Shown: positions 1-9,138 of the stretch, piece by piece | How positions within the stretch are numbered: the stretch's first letter is position 1 | Layout of the letters: each line of letters opens with the position of its first letter | Origin: Pseudonocardiales bacterium | GTDB taxonomy: Bacteria > Actinomycetota > Actinomycetes > Mycobacteriales > QHCA01 | Assembly (NCBI GenBank): GCA_040003795.1 | Contig: JBDUBV010000001.1 | Location: 1 to 45,692 of the forward strand | Reading direction: 5' to 3' | Length of the DNA stretch: 45,692 bases | The notes under the pieces: generated by a model | What the model was told of the DNA's origin: nothing | Database searches by the model: none | Seen by the model: only the letters and a program-made list of their open reading frames with translations | Made by a program: the position numbers and the translations under genes

Positions 1-238
1 AGGGCACGCCCTGCAGGTTGCGGCCGTGGCAGCTGATGCAGCTCTGGTTGTAGAGGCGCTGGCCCTGGGCGGCGTCGTCCGGGGCGGCTGCGGCCGGCGT
101 GGCGCCGCGACCGGGTGCGGCCAACGCATAGACCCCGCTGATGAGGCCGAAGGCCAGGCCGACCACCAGCAGGCCGGAGAACCGCCGGAACCGGCCCCGT
201 GGACGGCTCCAGCGGCGACGGTCAGCCCTGTCGGTCAT
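1..238 (-). CDS. qcrC: cytochrome bc1 complex cytochrome c subunit QcrC, 5' part only (runs off the window)
   Basis: Hand translation of the reverse strand from ATG at 238 gives MTDRADRRRWSRPRGRFRRFSGLLVVGLAFGLISGVYALAAP...QGQRLYNQSCISCHGRNLQGVP. This is an N-terminal TM anchor followed by a CxxCH haem c motif. A GAAGGA Shine-Dalgarno lies upstream, and the start is 17 nt after the ctaE stop, as in actinobacterial ctaE-qcrCAB. Confidence 0.8.
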   Translation of the reverse strand, partial: MTDRADRRRWSRPRGRFRRFSGLLVVGLAFGLISGVYALAAPGRGATPAAAAPDDAAQGQRLYNQSCISCHGRNLQGVP

Positions 239-255
239 TGGCATCCTTCGCCCGC

Positions 256-864
256 TCAACGGATCACGTAGATGGTCAGATAGAGCCCGACCCAGACGAC
301 GTCGACGAAGTGCCAGTAGTAGGACACCACGATCGCGCTGGTGGCCTGCGCAGGGGTGAACCGGCCCAGTGCCGATCGCATGAGCAGGAAGATGAAGGCG
401 ATCAGTCCGCCGGTCACGTGCATGGCGTGGAAACCGGTGGTGAGGAAGAAGACCGAGCCGTAGCCGTTGGACGCGATCGACGTGCCCTCGCGGATCAGGC
501 TGGAGTACTCGTAGGTCTGCCCGAGGACGAACGTCAGGCCCATGAAGAAGGTCAGCGTGAACCACCGGCGCAGGGCGTAGACGTTGCCGCGCTCGGCGGC
601 GAACACGCCCAGCTGGCAGGTGATCGACGAGGCCAGCAGCACCGTGGTATTGGCGGTTGCGAACCAGAAGTTCAGATGCGTGGCCTCCGGCGGCCAGGGG
701 CCCTCCGTTGTGGCCCGCACGCTGAAATACATTGCGAACAGTCCGGCGAAGAACATCAGCTCCGAGGACAGCCACACGATCGTGCCCACGCTGACCATGT
801 TGGGCCTGGTCATCGAGTGGATCTGGCTCTTGTCGAAGGCGGTGATGCCGGGGGCCGTCGTCAC
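256..864 (-). CDS. ctaE: cytochrome c oxidase subunit III
   Basis: The ORF 256..969 contains [28 protein letters not shown]...[24 protein letters not shown], near-identical in pattern to mycobacterial CtaE. I chose the GTG at 864 ([10 protein letters not shown]...) by length comparison, so the start is uncertain. Confidence 0.9.
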   Translation of the reverse strand: MTTAPGITAFDKSQIHSMTRPNMVSVGTIVWLSSELMFFAGLFAMYFSVRATTEGPWPPEATHLNFWFATANTTVLLASSITCQLGVFAAERGNVYALRRWFTLTFFMGLTFVLGQTYEYSSLIREGTSIASNGYGSVFFLTTGFHAMHVTGGLIAFIFLLMRSALGRFTPAQATSAIVVSYYWHFVDVVWVGLYLTIYVIR

Positions 865-954
865 CGGATCATTATGGCCATAGCCTCCCCGCCATGTGAG
901 GTCGGGGCGGGGGCAGGCCGGTTGCGGTGCACCTACGCTGGAGCGGTGACGGTG

Positions 955-1848
955 ATGTTGTTGGCCCAAGGCACCGAGCCGGCCTTCACTCCGGCTCGCC
1001 TGATCACCGCCACCTCGCTCCTTCAGTGGCCAACGGTGCTGTTGGCGCTCGCGGCGGCGGCCTACCTCTACGGCGTCTACCGCCTACGCCGGCGGGGGGA
1101 CTCCTGGCCGGTGAGCCGCATCCTGGCCTTCGTGGCAGGTGGCCTGGGCGCGATCGCGGTGGCCCTGCTGTCGGGCGTGGCGGCATACGACGACACGCTG
1201 TTCTCGGCCCACATGGTGCAGCACATGATCCTGGTCATGATCGCGCCGATCTTTCTCGCCCTCGGCGCGCCGATCACCCTCGCACTGCGCACCCTGCCCC
1301 GGCGTCCCCGCCGTGTGCTGCTGGCCGTCCTGCACAGCCGGGTGGCTGCCGTGGTGTCCTTCCCGCTGGTCGGGTTCGCGTTGTTCACGATGAGTTCCTA
1401 CGTCCTGTACTTCACCGGCCTGTACGAGCACTCGCTGCGCAACGACCTACTGCACCAGGCGGTGCACGTGCACTTCCTGGCAGTGGGATGCCTGTTCTTC
1501 TGGCCACTGCTCGGGCTGGACCCGGTACCCGGCCGGATCGCCTACCCGTTCCGGGCGCTGCTGATCTTCGCTTCGCTGCCGTTCCACGCGATCCTGGGAC
1601 TGACCATCATGCAGTCCCGGCACGTGCTGGCCGGTCGCTACTACTCCTCCATCGGGCCCAACGTCGACCGGCTGGCCGATCAGGGGGTCGGGGGCGGTTT
1701 GCTGTGGGCTTCGGGGGATCTCGTGGCGTTGCTGATGCTGGCCGCGCTGCTCGTGCAGTGGATCCGCGCCTCCGAGCGCGAGGCGCTGCGGGAGGACCGC
1801 CGGCTGGATCGGCTCGAGGCCCAGCAGGCGGCTGCTGCGGAGTCCTGA
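955..1848 (+). CDS. ctaG: cytochrome c oxidase assembly factor, CtaG (Caa3_CtaG) family membrane protein
   Basis: This is the 3' part of ORF 199..1848. It is polytopic, with the family signature [29 protein letters not shown] and a second [17 protein letters not shown] block. The 5' part of the ORF overlaps ctaE antisense and is discarded. The start could be 946, 952 or 955. Confidence 0.75.
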   Translation: MLLAQGTEPAFTPARLITATSLLQWPTVLLALAAAAYLYGVYRLRRRGDSWPVSRILAFVAGGLGAIAVALLSGVAAYDDTLFSAHMVQHMILVMIAPIFLALGAPITLALRTLPRRPRRVLLAVLHSRVAAVVSFPLVGFALFTMSSYVLYFTGLYEHSLRNDLLHQAVHVHFLAVGCLFFWPLLGLDPVPGRIAYPFRALLIFASLPFHAILGLTIMQSRHVLAGRYYSSIGPNVDRLADQGVGGGLLWASGDLVALLMLAALLVQWIRASEREALREDRRLDRLEAQQAAAAES

Positions 1849-2021
1849 CCCTACCCGTTTCCTTCCGCGCGCCCGGCCGTTAGTCAGTGCAAGGAGGCCC
1901 GCGTCCCGGAGGGGGGACGGGGGCCTCCGGTATGTCTGCGACCGCCGCCGGCAAAACGCCCGGCGATATCATGGCCGCCCGAGCCGTTCATTTCCTTCTC
2001 ACCCGACCCGGAGCCGCCGTG

Positions 2022-2435
2022 ATGAGCAGCGCGACCCCGACCTGGACCGTGCTCGTCTACAGCGAGGATCCCCAGATCCGCGAGCGCATCAGGACGGCAG
2101 TCGGCCGGCGCCCGGCAGGCGACGTCGGTCAGGTCTCCTACGTCGATGCTGCGACCGAAGCCGAGGTCGTGGCCCTGGTCGACGGCGGGACGGTCGACCT
2201 GTGCATCCTCGACGGCGAGGCATGGCCGGCCGGCGGGCTCGGAATCTGCCGCCAGCTCAAGCACGAGATCACCGACTGCCCGCTGATGCTGGTGATCCTG
2301 GGACGGCAGGTCGACCGCTGGCTGGCCGCCTGGTCGCAGTGCGACGCGGTCCTGGTACACCCGCTCGACGCGGTCGATGCGGCCACCACCGTCGCGGGGC
2401 TGCTCCGCACTGCCCACCGGCAGCCGGCCGGGTGA
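2022..2435 (+). CDS. stand-alone receiver-like (CheY-fold) domain protein
   Basis: 137 aa: [17 protein letters not shown]...[23 protein letters not shown]...LMLVILGR. It has the alternating beta/alpha receiver pattern with a central hydrophobic-D, but no output domain. Its stop overlaps the region just before the trpD start. Confidence 0.55.
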   Translation: MSSATPTWTVLVYSEDPQIRERIRTAVGRRPAGDVGQVSYVDAATEAEVVALVDGGTVDLCILDGEAWPAGGLGICRQLKHEITDCPLMLVILGRQVDRWLAAWSQCDAVLVHPLDAVDAATTVAGLLRTAHRQPAG

Positions 2436-2439
2436 GCCG

Positions 2440-3483
2440 GTGAGCTGGCCGGCGCTGCTGTCCGCGCTGCTCCGCGGCGACTCACTCACCGCCGAGGACA
2501 CCGCCTGGGCGATGACGCAGATCATGGCCGGCGAGGCGAGCCCTGCACAGCTGGCCGGGTTCGCGGTGGCTTTGCGGGCCAAGGGCGAGACCGCCGAGGA
2601 GGTGGGCGGGCTGGTCCGGGCGATGCTGGAGCAGTGCGCACCGCTGGACGTAGGCGTCCGGGCCGTGGACACCTGTGGCACCGGGGGTGACCGGGCGCAC
2701 ACGGTGAACATCTCCACGATGGCGGCTCTGGTGGTCGCCGGTGCCGGAGTCCCGGTGGTCAAGCACGGCAACCGGGCTGCCAGCTCCGCGTGCGGCTCCG
2801 CCGACCTGCTCGAAGCGCTCGGCGTGGTGGTCGACCTGCCCGGCAGTGGCGTACTGCGCTGCGTGGCCGAGGCCGGCATCGGGTTCTGCTTCGCGCCGGT
2901 CTTCCACCCGGCCATGCGGCACACCGCCACAACCCGGCGCGAGCTCGGTGTGGCGACGGTGTTCAACTTCCTCGGCCCGCTGGCCAATCCGGCCCGCCCC
3001 GCTGCCCAGGCGGTGGGCGTGTCCGACCCGCGGATGGCGCCGGTCGTCGCGGGGGTCCTCGCCGGTCGGGGCGCCTCCGCGTTGGTCTTCCGCGGCGAGG
3101 ACGGCCTCGACGAGCTCACCACGACCGCGGTCAACCGGGTCTGGGCGGTTCACGACGGTGAGGTTGGCGAGTCCCGGCTCGATGCGGCCGATCTCGGCCT
3201 GGCTCGGGCCGCGGTCGAGGACCTGCGGGGCGCCGATGCCACCTACAACGCCGCCGTGGCGGCGGACTTCCTGGCCGGTGCCGCCGGCCCGGTGCGCGAT
3301 GCAGTGCTGCTTAACGCGGCCGCCGCGCTCGCCGCGTACGAGGGGGTATCCGGCGCAGTCGAGCATGCTCTAGCGGCCGCGCTGCCCCGGGCCGTCGCGT
3401 CCGTCGACAGCGGCGCGGCGGCGGGTGTCCTCTCGCGGTGGGTCAAGACGTCGACCGCCGCCCGGGATTCAGCGACAACCTGA
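2440..3483 (+). CDS. trpD: anthranilate phosphoribosyltransferase
   Basis: Motifs match along the whole length: [90 protein letters not shown] chose the GTG start at 2440 (VSWPALL). Confidence 0.95.
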   Translation: MSWPALLSALLRGDSLTAEDTAWAMTQIMAGEASPAQLAGFAVALRAKGETAEEVGGLVRAMLEQCAPLDVGVRAVDTCGTGGDRAHTVNISTMAALVVAGAGVPVVKHGNRAASSACGSADLLEALGVVVDLPGSGVLRCVAEAGIGFCFAPVFHPAMRHTATTRRELGVATVFNFLGPLANPARPAAQAVGVSDPRMAPVVAGVLAGRGASALVFRGEDGLDELTTTAVNRVWAVHDGEVGESRLDAADLGLARAAVEDLRGADATYNAAVAADFLAGAAGPVRDAVLLNAAAALAAYEGVSGAVEHALAAALPRAVASVDSGAAAGVLSRWVKTSTAARDSATT

Positions 3484-3680
3484 GCGGCCGGGCGGCTGCA
3501 GCGGCCGCGCCGGGGTGGACGCCTCGCTGCTGGTCTCGGGGCCGGTGCTGGAAGCCGTGGGGCAATCATTGCGTGCGAGGGGGCCGGCGAATGAGTACCA
3601 ACGCTTAGCCGAACGTGCGTGATTGCCGCCAACCGTGGTCAGTCGTCGCGACTGGTGGGACCAGGTGCCGGTGGGAGGCC

Positions 3681-3968
3681 TTACTCGGACTCGTCGAAGC
3701 CGATCGCGAAAGCCGATTCGAGGTCGTGCCGGGAGTAGGCGCGGAAGGCGATGTGCGTCTCGGTGCCGGTGACCCCGCGGACCTTGCTCAGCCGACCGGC
3801 GATGACGTCTGCCACCTCGTCGTAGTGCTTGACGCGGACGATCGCGATGAGGTCGAAGGTGCCCGCGACGGAGTAGACCTCGCTCACGCCGTCGATGTCG
3901 GCGAGCGCCTCCGCGACCTCGGGTATGGAGTCCGTGGCAGCCTTGATCATGACGATCGCTGTGATCAT
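3681..3968 (-). CDS. Lrp/AsnC-type ligand-binding (RAM) domain protein without an HTH
   Basis: 95 aa: MITAIVMIKAATDSIPEVAEALADIDGVSEVYSVAGTFDLIAIVRV...VTGTETHIAF. This is the typical AsnC_trans_reg fold pattern. It starts 9 nt after the stop of the upstream nuclease gene. Confidence 0.7.
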   Translation of the reverse strand: MITAIVMIKAATDSIPEVAEALADIDGVSEVYSVAGTFDLIAIVRVKHYDEVADVIAGRLSKVRGVTGTETHIAFRAYSRHDLESAFAIGFDESE

Positions 3969-3977
3969 TCCGCGAGC

Positions 3978-5762
3978 CTAGGCGCTGGCCCTGGCCGGCC
4001 GGGCGTCGATGCGCAGCCGGCGCCGGTCGGCGAAGGGGTCGAGCGTGGCGTCGGCTGACTGCGCCGCAGCCAGCCACTCGTGCAACCGCGCTGCTCCGCG
4101 GGCCGGCGATGACCAGCATCCCTCGACCTCGACGATCCGGGTGTCCGGCAGCGCAAGCCAGCGCAGCACGCACTCGGTCTCCTCCGCCGTGGCACACGGC
4201 GTCGGCCCGGGGCCCCTCATGACAGTCTCGGCGGTGGCCCGCAGCGCGTCGATGTAGGGCCGGGGGGCGGCGCCGGGCGGCACGGTGCCGGCCGCGGCAA
4301 GGCGGCCGTAACGCACCACGGAGACCTCCCAGCCACCCGCGGCCGACCTGCGAGCCGCGGTCACCTCGGCGACCGCGGTGAGCCCGCGCAGCCGCTGCAG
4401 CCGGATGCAGGTGCCCAGGAAGGTGGTGAGCCGGTTGCGCACCGCGACCGCGTCCTCGAACCGCTCGGCTGCCGACAACCGGTCGATGCGGGCCAGCAGT
4501 GGCGTAACGACCGCCTCGGGGTCGCCGCCGACGGCTGCGCTGAACGCGGTGGCGTGCACCGAGTAGTCCACTACCGATTCGGCGTGCTGACAGGGCGCGC
4601 CGCACCGGCCCATCTCGGCAAGGGCGCAGGCCGGCGAGGGCAGCCGAACGGACAACCGCCGCGTGCACCGGCGCAGCGGCACCGCGTCGTGCACCGCGGC
4701 CATTGCCTGCTCCGCCGCTGATCGCGAGCCGAACGGCCCCAGGTAGCAGGCCCCGTCGTCGCGCACCACACGGACCATCGACAGCCGCGGGTAGGCCTCG
4801 ACGGTGAGCTTGAGATAGGTCGCCCGCTCCGGGAACCTCGACCGCCGGTTGTAGCGAGGCTTGAGCTCGGCTATCAGCCGCAGCTCGCGGACGTCTGCCT
4901 CGAGGGCGTGCGCGCAGACCACAGCGTCCACCCGCTCGGCAATCGCCACCATCTCGCGCATCCGCGAGCGGGTCTCACCGGAGACGAAGTAGTTGCGCAC
5001 CCGCGCCCGCAAGTCCTTGCTCTTGCCGACGTACAGCGCGCTGCCGCGGCCGTCGCGGAAGACGTAGCAACCCGGGGCGTGGGGGAGCGGGTCGGCCAGG
5101 TGCCGCTTGCGTCGTTGCGCTGCGCTGACCTGGTAGGTGAAGGTCTGCAACTCCTCGAGGGAGTGCACGCCGAGGTTGCCGACCCGCTCGATGAGGCCGT
5201 GCAGCACGTCGACGGTGGCCCGCGCGTCCGCCAGGGCCCGGTGGCATGGCTGGGTCGAGGCGCGGAACACCTGCGCCAGCGTGGCCAGCTTGCAGTTGGG
5301 CGACTCGTCGCGGCTGAGGGTCCGCCGGGCCAGCACGGCGGTGTCGACGTGCCGGAACCCCGGCCAGGCCACCCCGAGCTTGCCACAGGCCGCCCGGAGG
5401 AAGCCGAGGTCGAACGGCGCGTTGTGTGCCACCAGCACGCCGCCGTGCGCGAACTCCAGGAAGGCCGGCACGGCGGCGCTGATCGTCGGAGCGGAGGCGA
5501 CCATCCCATCGGTGATGCCGGTGAGCACCGCGATGAAGGGCGGGATGCCCGAGCACGGGTTGACCAGTGTCTGGAACTCCCCGATCACCTCCCCGCCGCG
5601 TACCTTGACCGCCCCGATCTCGGTGATCTCGCAGGTCGCGGCGGCCCCGCCGGTGGTCTCCAGGTCCACGACGACGAACGTCACGTTGCGCAACGGCTCA
5701 CCCAGCTCGTCGAAGCTCGCCTGGACGTAGGACCGGCCGGCGAGGGCGGTGGGTGCAGCCAT
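3978..5762 (-). CDS. DEDD (DnaQ-like) 3'-5' exonuclease fused to a GIY-YIG (UvrC-like) nuclease domain; Rv2191-like
   Basis: It carries FVVVDLETTG (Exo I), VAHNAPFDLGFL (Exo II) and HRALADARAT (Exo III), followed by GCYVFRDGRGSALYVGKSKDLRARVRNYF (GIY-YIG). I chose the ATG at 5762 (MAAPTALAG); the Arg/Pro-rich extension up to 6047 is rejected. Confidence 0.8.
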   Translation of the reverse strand: MAAPTALAGRSYVQASFDELGEPLRNVTFVVVDLETTGGAAATCEITEIGAVKVRGGEVIGEFQTLVNPCSGIPPFIAVLTGITDGMVASAPTISAAVPAFLEFAHGGVLVAHNAPFDLGFLRAACGKLGVAWPGFRHVDTAVLARRTLSRDESPNCKLATLAQVFRASTQPCHRALADARATVDVLHGLIERVGNLGVHSLEELQTFTYQVSAAQRRKRHLADPLPHAPGCYVFRDGRGSALYVGKSKDLRARVRNYFVSGETRSRMREMVAIAERVDAVVCAHALEADVRELRLIAELKPRYNRRSRFPERATYLKLTVEAYPRLSMVRVVRDDGACYLGPFGSRSAAEQAMAAVHDAVPLRRCTRRLSVRLPSPACALAEMGRCGAPCQHAESVVDYSVHATAFSAAVGGDPEAVVTPLLARIDRLSAAERFEDAVAVRNRLTTFLGTCIRLQRLRGLTAVAEVTAARRSAAGGWEVSVVRYGRLAAAGTVPPGAAPRPYIDALRATAETVMRGPGPTPCATAEETECVLRWLALPDTRIVEVEGCWSSPARGAARLHEWLAAAQSADATLDPFADRRRLRIDARPARASA

Positions 5763-5827
5763 GCTCCGGACGGTAGGTGTGGCCACCGACAACCCGTGGG
5801 AGGCGCACCGCCTGGGAGAATGGACGG

Positions 5828-6073
5828 ATGGCCGTACCCAAGCCCGACGGCAGCACCCGGTGGCGGTGCTCGCAATGCGGCAACCTGACCCGCTTCGACG
5901 TCGTGCGAACCACCAGGGCCAAGGAGTATCTGCACGTCGGCCTGTCCGGCGAGCCCCGGGTGGAGGAACGCGAGGTTCTCGGGGACACCGTCGAGCAGGT
6001 GACCTGCCGGTGGTGCGGGGGCGTGGACACGGTCGAGGTCGTGCCACGGCCGGACGGCGAGCCAGTTGGCTGA
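5828..6073 (+). CDS. small zinc-ribbon protein (two CxxC pairs), function unknown
   Basis: 81 aa from the ATG at 5828: MAVPKPDGSTRWRCSQCGNLTRFDV...VTCRWCGG. GC3-rich coding, divergent from the nuclease gene. Confidence 0.5.
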   Translation: MAVPKPDGSTRWRCSQCGNLTRFDVVRTTRAKEYLHVGLSGEPRVEEREVLGDTVEQVTCRWCGGVDTVEVVPRPDGEPVG

Positions 6074-7220
6074 GCCGCCCCTGACCGGGCTGACGGTCCT
6101 CGACCTGTCACGGCTGCTGCCGGGCGGGTATGCGACGCTGCTGCTGGCCGACCTGGGCGCGGACGTGCTGAAGGTCGAGGAGCCGGGTCGCGGCGACGGC
6201 ATCAGACGGTTTCCCCCCTTCGCCGAGGACGGCGAGTCCGGGATGCACCGGGCCATCAACCGGGGGAAGCGCTCGATCACCCTCGACCTGCGTACGCCGC
6301 AGGGCCGCGACCTGCTGATCGAGCTCGCCACCACGGCCGACGTGCTTGTCGAGTCCTACCGGCCCGGGGTGATGGACCGCCTCGGGATCGGCTACGACGT
6401 CCTGCGCCGAAGAAGTCCCGGCTTGGTGTACGTCGCCATCAGCGGTTACGGCAGTGCCGGCCCTTACCGGGACCTGGCCGGCCATGACATCGACTACCTG
6501 GCCTATGCCGGTGCGCTGTCGTTCACCGGCTCGCCGGCCGGCCCGCACCAGCCGGGCCTGCAGATGGCCGACCTCGGCGGTGGCGGGATGCTCGCCGTCG
6601 TCGCCGCCCTGGCCGCGCTGCGGGCCCGCCAGCAGACGGGCGAGGGGCAGTTCTGCGACGTGTCCATGACCGACGGCATGCTGTCCTGGCTGTCTATTCA
6701 TGCCGGCGCCTTTGCCGCCTCCGGTGAGGTGCCGCGGCCGGGCGAGGGACTGTTGGGGGGCGGGTACGCCTGCTACGGGGTGTACGCCTGCGCTGACCAG
6801 CTGTACGTGGCGGTGGGGGCCCTGGAGCCGAAGTTCTTCACCGAGCTGCTGGCCGTGCTCGGGTTGGCGGAGCTCGCCGACGGCCACCTGGACCCGTCCC
6901 GGCAGGGTGAGCTGCGGGCCCGGCTTGAGGAGGCCTTCGCCACCCGCGGCCGCGACGACTGGATGGAGCTGTTCGCGGGCAGGGACGCCTGCGTCGCTCC
7001 CGTGCTCGACCTCGCCGAAGCCTTCACCGACCGCAATACCCTGGCCAGGGGCATGGTCGACAGCGCCGGCCGGCTCGGCGTGGTGCCCCGGCTGGCGGGC
7101 ACCCCGGGCCGAGCGGGAGGACCGCCGTCGGGGCTCGGCGCCGACACCGAGGCGGTGCTGGCCGGGCTCGGCCGCACGCCCGGACAGATCGCCGAGCTGC
7201 GGGCCGCGGGTGTGCTGTGA
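6066..7220 (+). CDS. family III CoA-transferase (CaiB/BaiF; alpha-methylacyl-CoA racemase-like)
   Basis: LTGLTVLDLSRLLPGGYATLLLADLGADVLKVEEP..GD is the classic family III N-terminus. It also has VESYRPGVMDRLG and HDIDYLA. The TTG start at 6066 is uncertain. Confidence 0.85.
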   Translation: MAEPPLTGLTVLDLSRLLPGGYATLLLADLGADVLKVEEPGRGDGIRRFPPFAEDGESGMHRAINRGKRSITLDLRTPQGRDLLIELATTADVLVESYRPGVMDRLGIGYDVLRRRSPGLVYVAISGYGSAGPYRDLAGHDIDYLAYAGALSFTGSPAGPHQPGLQMADLGGGGMLAVVAALAALRARQQTGEGQFCDVSMTDGMLSWLSIHAGAFAASGEVPRPGEGLLGGGYACYGVYACADQLYVAVGALEPKFFTELLAVLGLAELADGHLDPSRQGELRARLEEAFATRGRDDWMELFAGRDACVAPVLDLAEAFTDRNTLARGMVDSAGRLGVVPRLAGTPGRAGGPPSGLGADTEAVLAGLGRTPGQIAELRAAGVL

Positions 7221-8491
7221 CGGGCGACCCGGCGCCGCTCACCGACGAGATGCGCAACCGCGTAATCCAGCTCGCCGCCGCGGCGCTGGGCGTCCTGCCC
7301 GACGACGAGGTGCCCCGGGCGCTGCGGCCATTCGCCCGGTTCACAGCGAGCCGGCGCGCTCGCGCGGCCGCGGGTGTCCTCGCCGCGGCGCTCGAGGAGG
7401 ACCCGGAGTTCCGCCGGCGGGTGGCCGACTCCGTCAAGGACGACCCGCTGGCTGCCGCGGTGGCCGCCGGTACGGTGCCGCCCGCCGCCGACCCGGCGCT
7501 CGCGGCCGCGCTGGCCTACCTGCTGCGCCCAGACGGCTGGACAGCGGTGATCGAGCGGGCCCGGGTGGCCGCCGACGATCGGGCGCGGCGGGCGGCTGAT
7601 GACGCTGCCGGCCAGCGGTTGCGCCTGCTGTCCGGGCAGCTGGCCGACCTGCGGGAGCAGATGCGCGAGCAGGCCCGCCGCTCCAGGGCCGAGCTGTCGC
7701 AGGCAGCCGCCGAAGTCGACTCGCTGCACCGCGAGCTCCGCGAGCAGGTCAGGAAGACCCAGCAGGCGGCGGCCGAATCGCGTCGGGCCGCCGCCGCGCT
7801 CGCCGCCGAACGCCAGCGGGCGGCCGCCAGCCAGTCCCGGCTGGAGGCCGACCTCCGGCGCATTCGGACCCAGTTAGCCGCCGCGGAGGCGGCCGCCGAT
7901 GCGGCTCGCCGTGGCGCCCGCGAAGGTCGCGCGGGTGACGAGGCAAGGCTCTGGCTGCTGCTCGACACCGTCGTCAATGCGGCACAGGGCCTGCGCCGCG
8001 AGCTTGCCCTGACCCCCTCGGACGAGCGTCCTGCCGACTCCGTGGCGGCGGCGACCGGTGCCGCGGCCGACGAGCCGGGACGGCAGCCCCGGTTGGCGGC
8101 GCTGCTGACGATGCCGAGGGTTCACCTCATCGTCGACGGCTACAACGTGACCAAGAGCGGGTACGGCGACCTGCCGCTCGAGGCGCAGCGCCACCGCCGT
8201 CGTGTCGCGCATGGGTGCCGTGGCGGCCCAGACCGGTGCCGAGGTGACCGTGGTATTCGACGGCGCCGAGCGCCTGCCTGTCGCACCTGCGTGCCGAGGG
8301 GAGTGCGCGTGCTGTTCAGCAAGATCGGCGAAACAGCCGACGACCTGATCGGCCGGCTGGTCGGCGCCGAGCCGCCGGGTCGAGCGCTGGCCGTCGTCTC
8401 CTCCGACAGGGAGGTCGCGGACGCGGCCGGCCGCGCAGGCGCCTACCCGGTGGCCTCCGCGGTGCTGCTGGCGCACCTCGAGCAAAACTGA
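7217..8491 (+). CDS. coiled-coil protein with a C-terminal YacP/NYN-like domain; the conserved core is read out of frame (see findings)
   Basis: GTGA start/stop overlap with the upstream gene. There is a long Ala/Arg/Glu-rich coiled coil, then HLIVDGYNVTKSGYG ... VRVLFSKIGETADDLI ... VVSSDREV (NYN/PIN-like). Codons between about 8190 and 8295 look frame-shifted relative to the family. Confidence 0.7.
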   Translation: MTGDPAPLTDEMRNRVIQLAAAALGVLPDDEVPRALRPFARFTASRRARAAAGVLAAALEEDPEFRRRVADSVKDDPLAAAVAAGTVPPAADPALAAALAYLLRPDGWTAVIERARVAADDRARRAADDAAGQRLRLLSGQLADLREQMREQARRSRAELSQAAAEVDSLHRELREQVRKTQQAAAESRRAAAALAAERQRAAASQSRLEADLRRIRTQLAAAEAAADAARRGAREGRAGDEARLWLLLDTVVNAAQGLRRELALTPSDERPADSVAAATGAAADEPGRQPRLAALLTMPRVHLIVDGYNVTKSGYGDLPLEAQRHRRRVAHGCRGGPDRCRGDRGIRRRRAPACRTCVPRGVRVLFSKIGETADDLIGRLVGAEPPGRALAVVSSDREVADAAGRAGAYPVASAVLLAHLEQN

Positions 8492-8576
8492 AAATGCTGT
8501 CGTACCCCTCCCATAGCTTGTCCCCGAGGTCATGCCGCACCTTCCCCGCTAGCCTCGACGATCGTGAGGAGACGAG

Positions 8577-8783
8577 ATGCTCATCGACTGTGACACCTGC
8601 GAGGTGCGCGGCCTGGCCTGCGGTGACTGCGTCGTCACCGTCCTGCTCGGCGCGCCACCTGAGGGTGTGGAGCTCGACGACACCGAGCGGCAGGCCCTCG
8701 AAGCGCTGGCCGAGGGGGGGCTGGTCCCCCGACTTCGGCTCGTTCCCCGCCATCGGGAGGGCGGACACCGCAGGGTGGGTTGA
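8577..8783 (+). CDS. small Cys-rich conserved hypothetical protein
   Basis: 68 aa: MLIDCDTCEVRGLACGDCVVTVLLGAP. The four-Cys N-terminus is one I recognise from other actinobacterial genomes. Function unknown. Confidence 0.5.
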   Translation: MLIDCDTCEVRGLACGDCVVTVLLGAPPEGVELDDTERQALEALAEGGLVPRLRLVPRHREGGHRRVG

Positions 8784-8888
8784 TGTAGCACTTAGTCAGA
8801 ATCGATAGCACAGGGTCAACTCCGCCCGCCCAAGGGGCCCAGGTCACGATTCAGGCGCAATTACATCCACAAAAGCAGGTGCTGAGAC

Positions 8889-8917
8889 TTGCGTCCACGG
8901 ATGGGGCTCCATAAAGT
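8889..8917 (+). promoter_or_regulatory. candidate sigma-70-type promoter for the ripC-like leader
   Basis: TTGCGT (8889-8894), then a 17-nt spacer, then TAAAGT (8912-8917, fits TANNNT). It lies about 50 nt upstream of the riboswitch P1 stem, in a locally AT-richer stretch. Confidence 0.35.
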
Positions 8918-8965
8918 TCGCCTCGGCTGTCACGGTGCGTACTCGTTCACAGTGGGCGAGCCGGG

Positions 8966-9117
8966 CAGCTCTGTCTAATCAGTTTGCGTGGCTGGTCGAG
9001 ACCCGCCACGCGGCTGAGCCGGGAACCCGAGCAACATTGGGGTGAGTCGCTCCTCGTCACTGGGGAGCGTAGGGCTTCTTCCGGCCCGAACCCGTCAGCT
9101 AACCCGGTAGACAGCTG
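8966..9117 (+). promoter_or_regulatory. cyclic-di-AMP riboswitch (ydaO/yuaA class)
   Basis: The P1 arms CAGCTCTGTCTA (8966-8977) and TAGACAGCTG (9108-9117) pair. Conserved blocks appear in the expected order: CTGTCTAATC, GAGCCGGGAACCCGA, TTGGGGTGAGTC, GCGTAGGGC, and CCCGAACCCGTCAGCTAACCCGGTAGACAG (compare B. subtilis ACCCGAACCCGUCAGCUAACCUCGUAAGCG). It sits directly upstream of an NlpC/P60 gene, a known context in actinobacteria. Confidence 0.75.
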
Positions 9118-9138
9118 AGGAAGAGGAGCCTCCCCTCC

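Noticed and set aside
1884-3134. Long antisense ORFs (e.g. 1884..3134 -, 3469..4668 -, 11506..12771 -, 17238..19307 +, 24428..26275 +, 33918..34808 +, 35192..36427 +) that could be taken for genes or overlapping genes.
   Set aside because: They are Arg/Pro/Ala/Gly-rich, have no recognisable motifs, and lie opposite well-supported genes. In DNA of about 70% GC, stop codons are rare in the antisense frames, so such shadow ORFs are expected.
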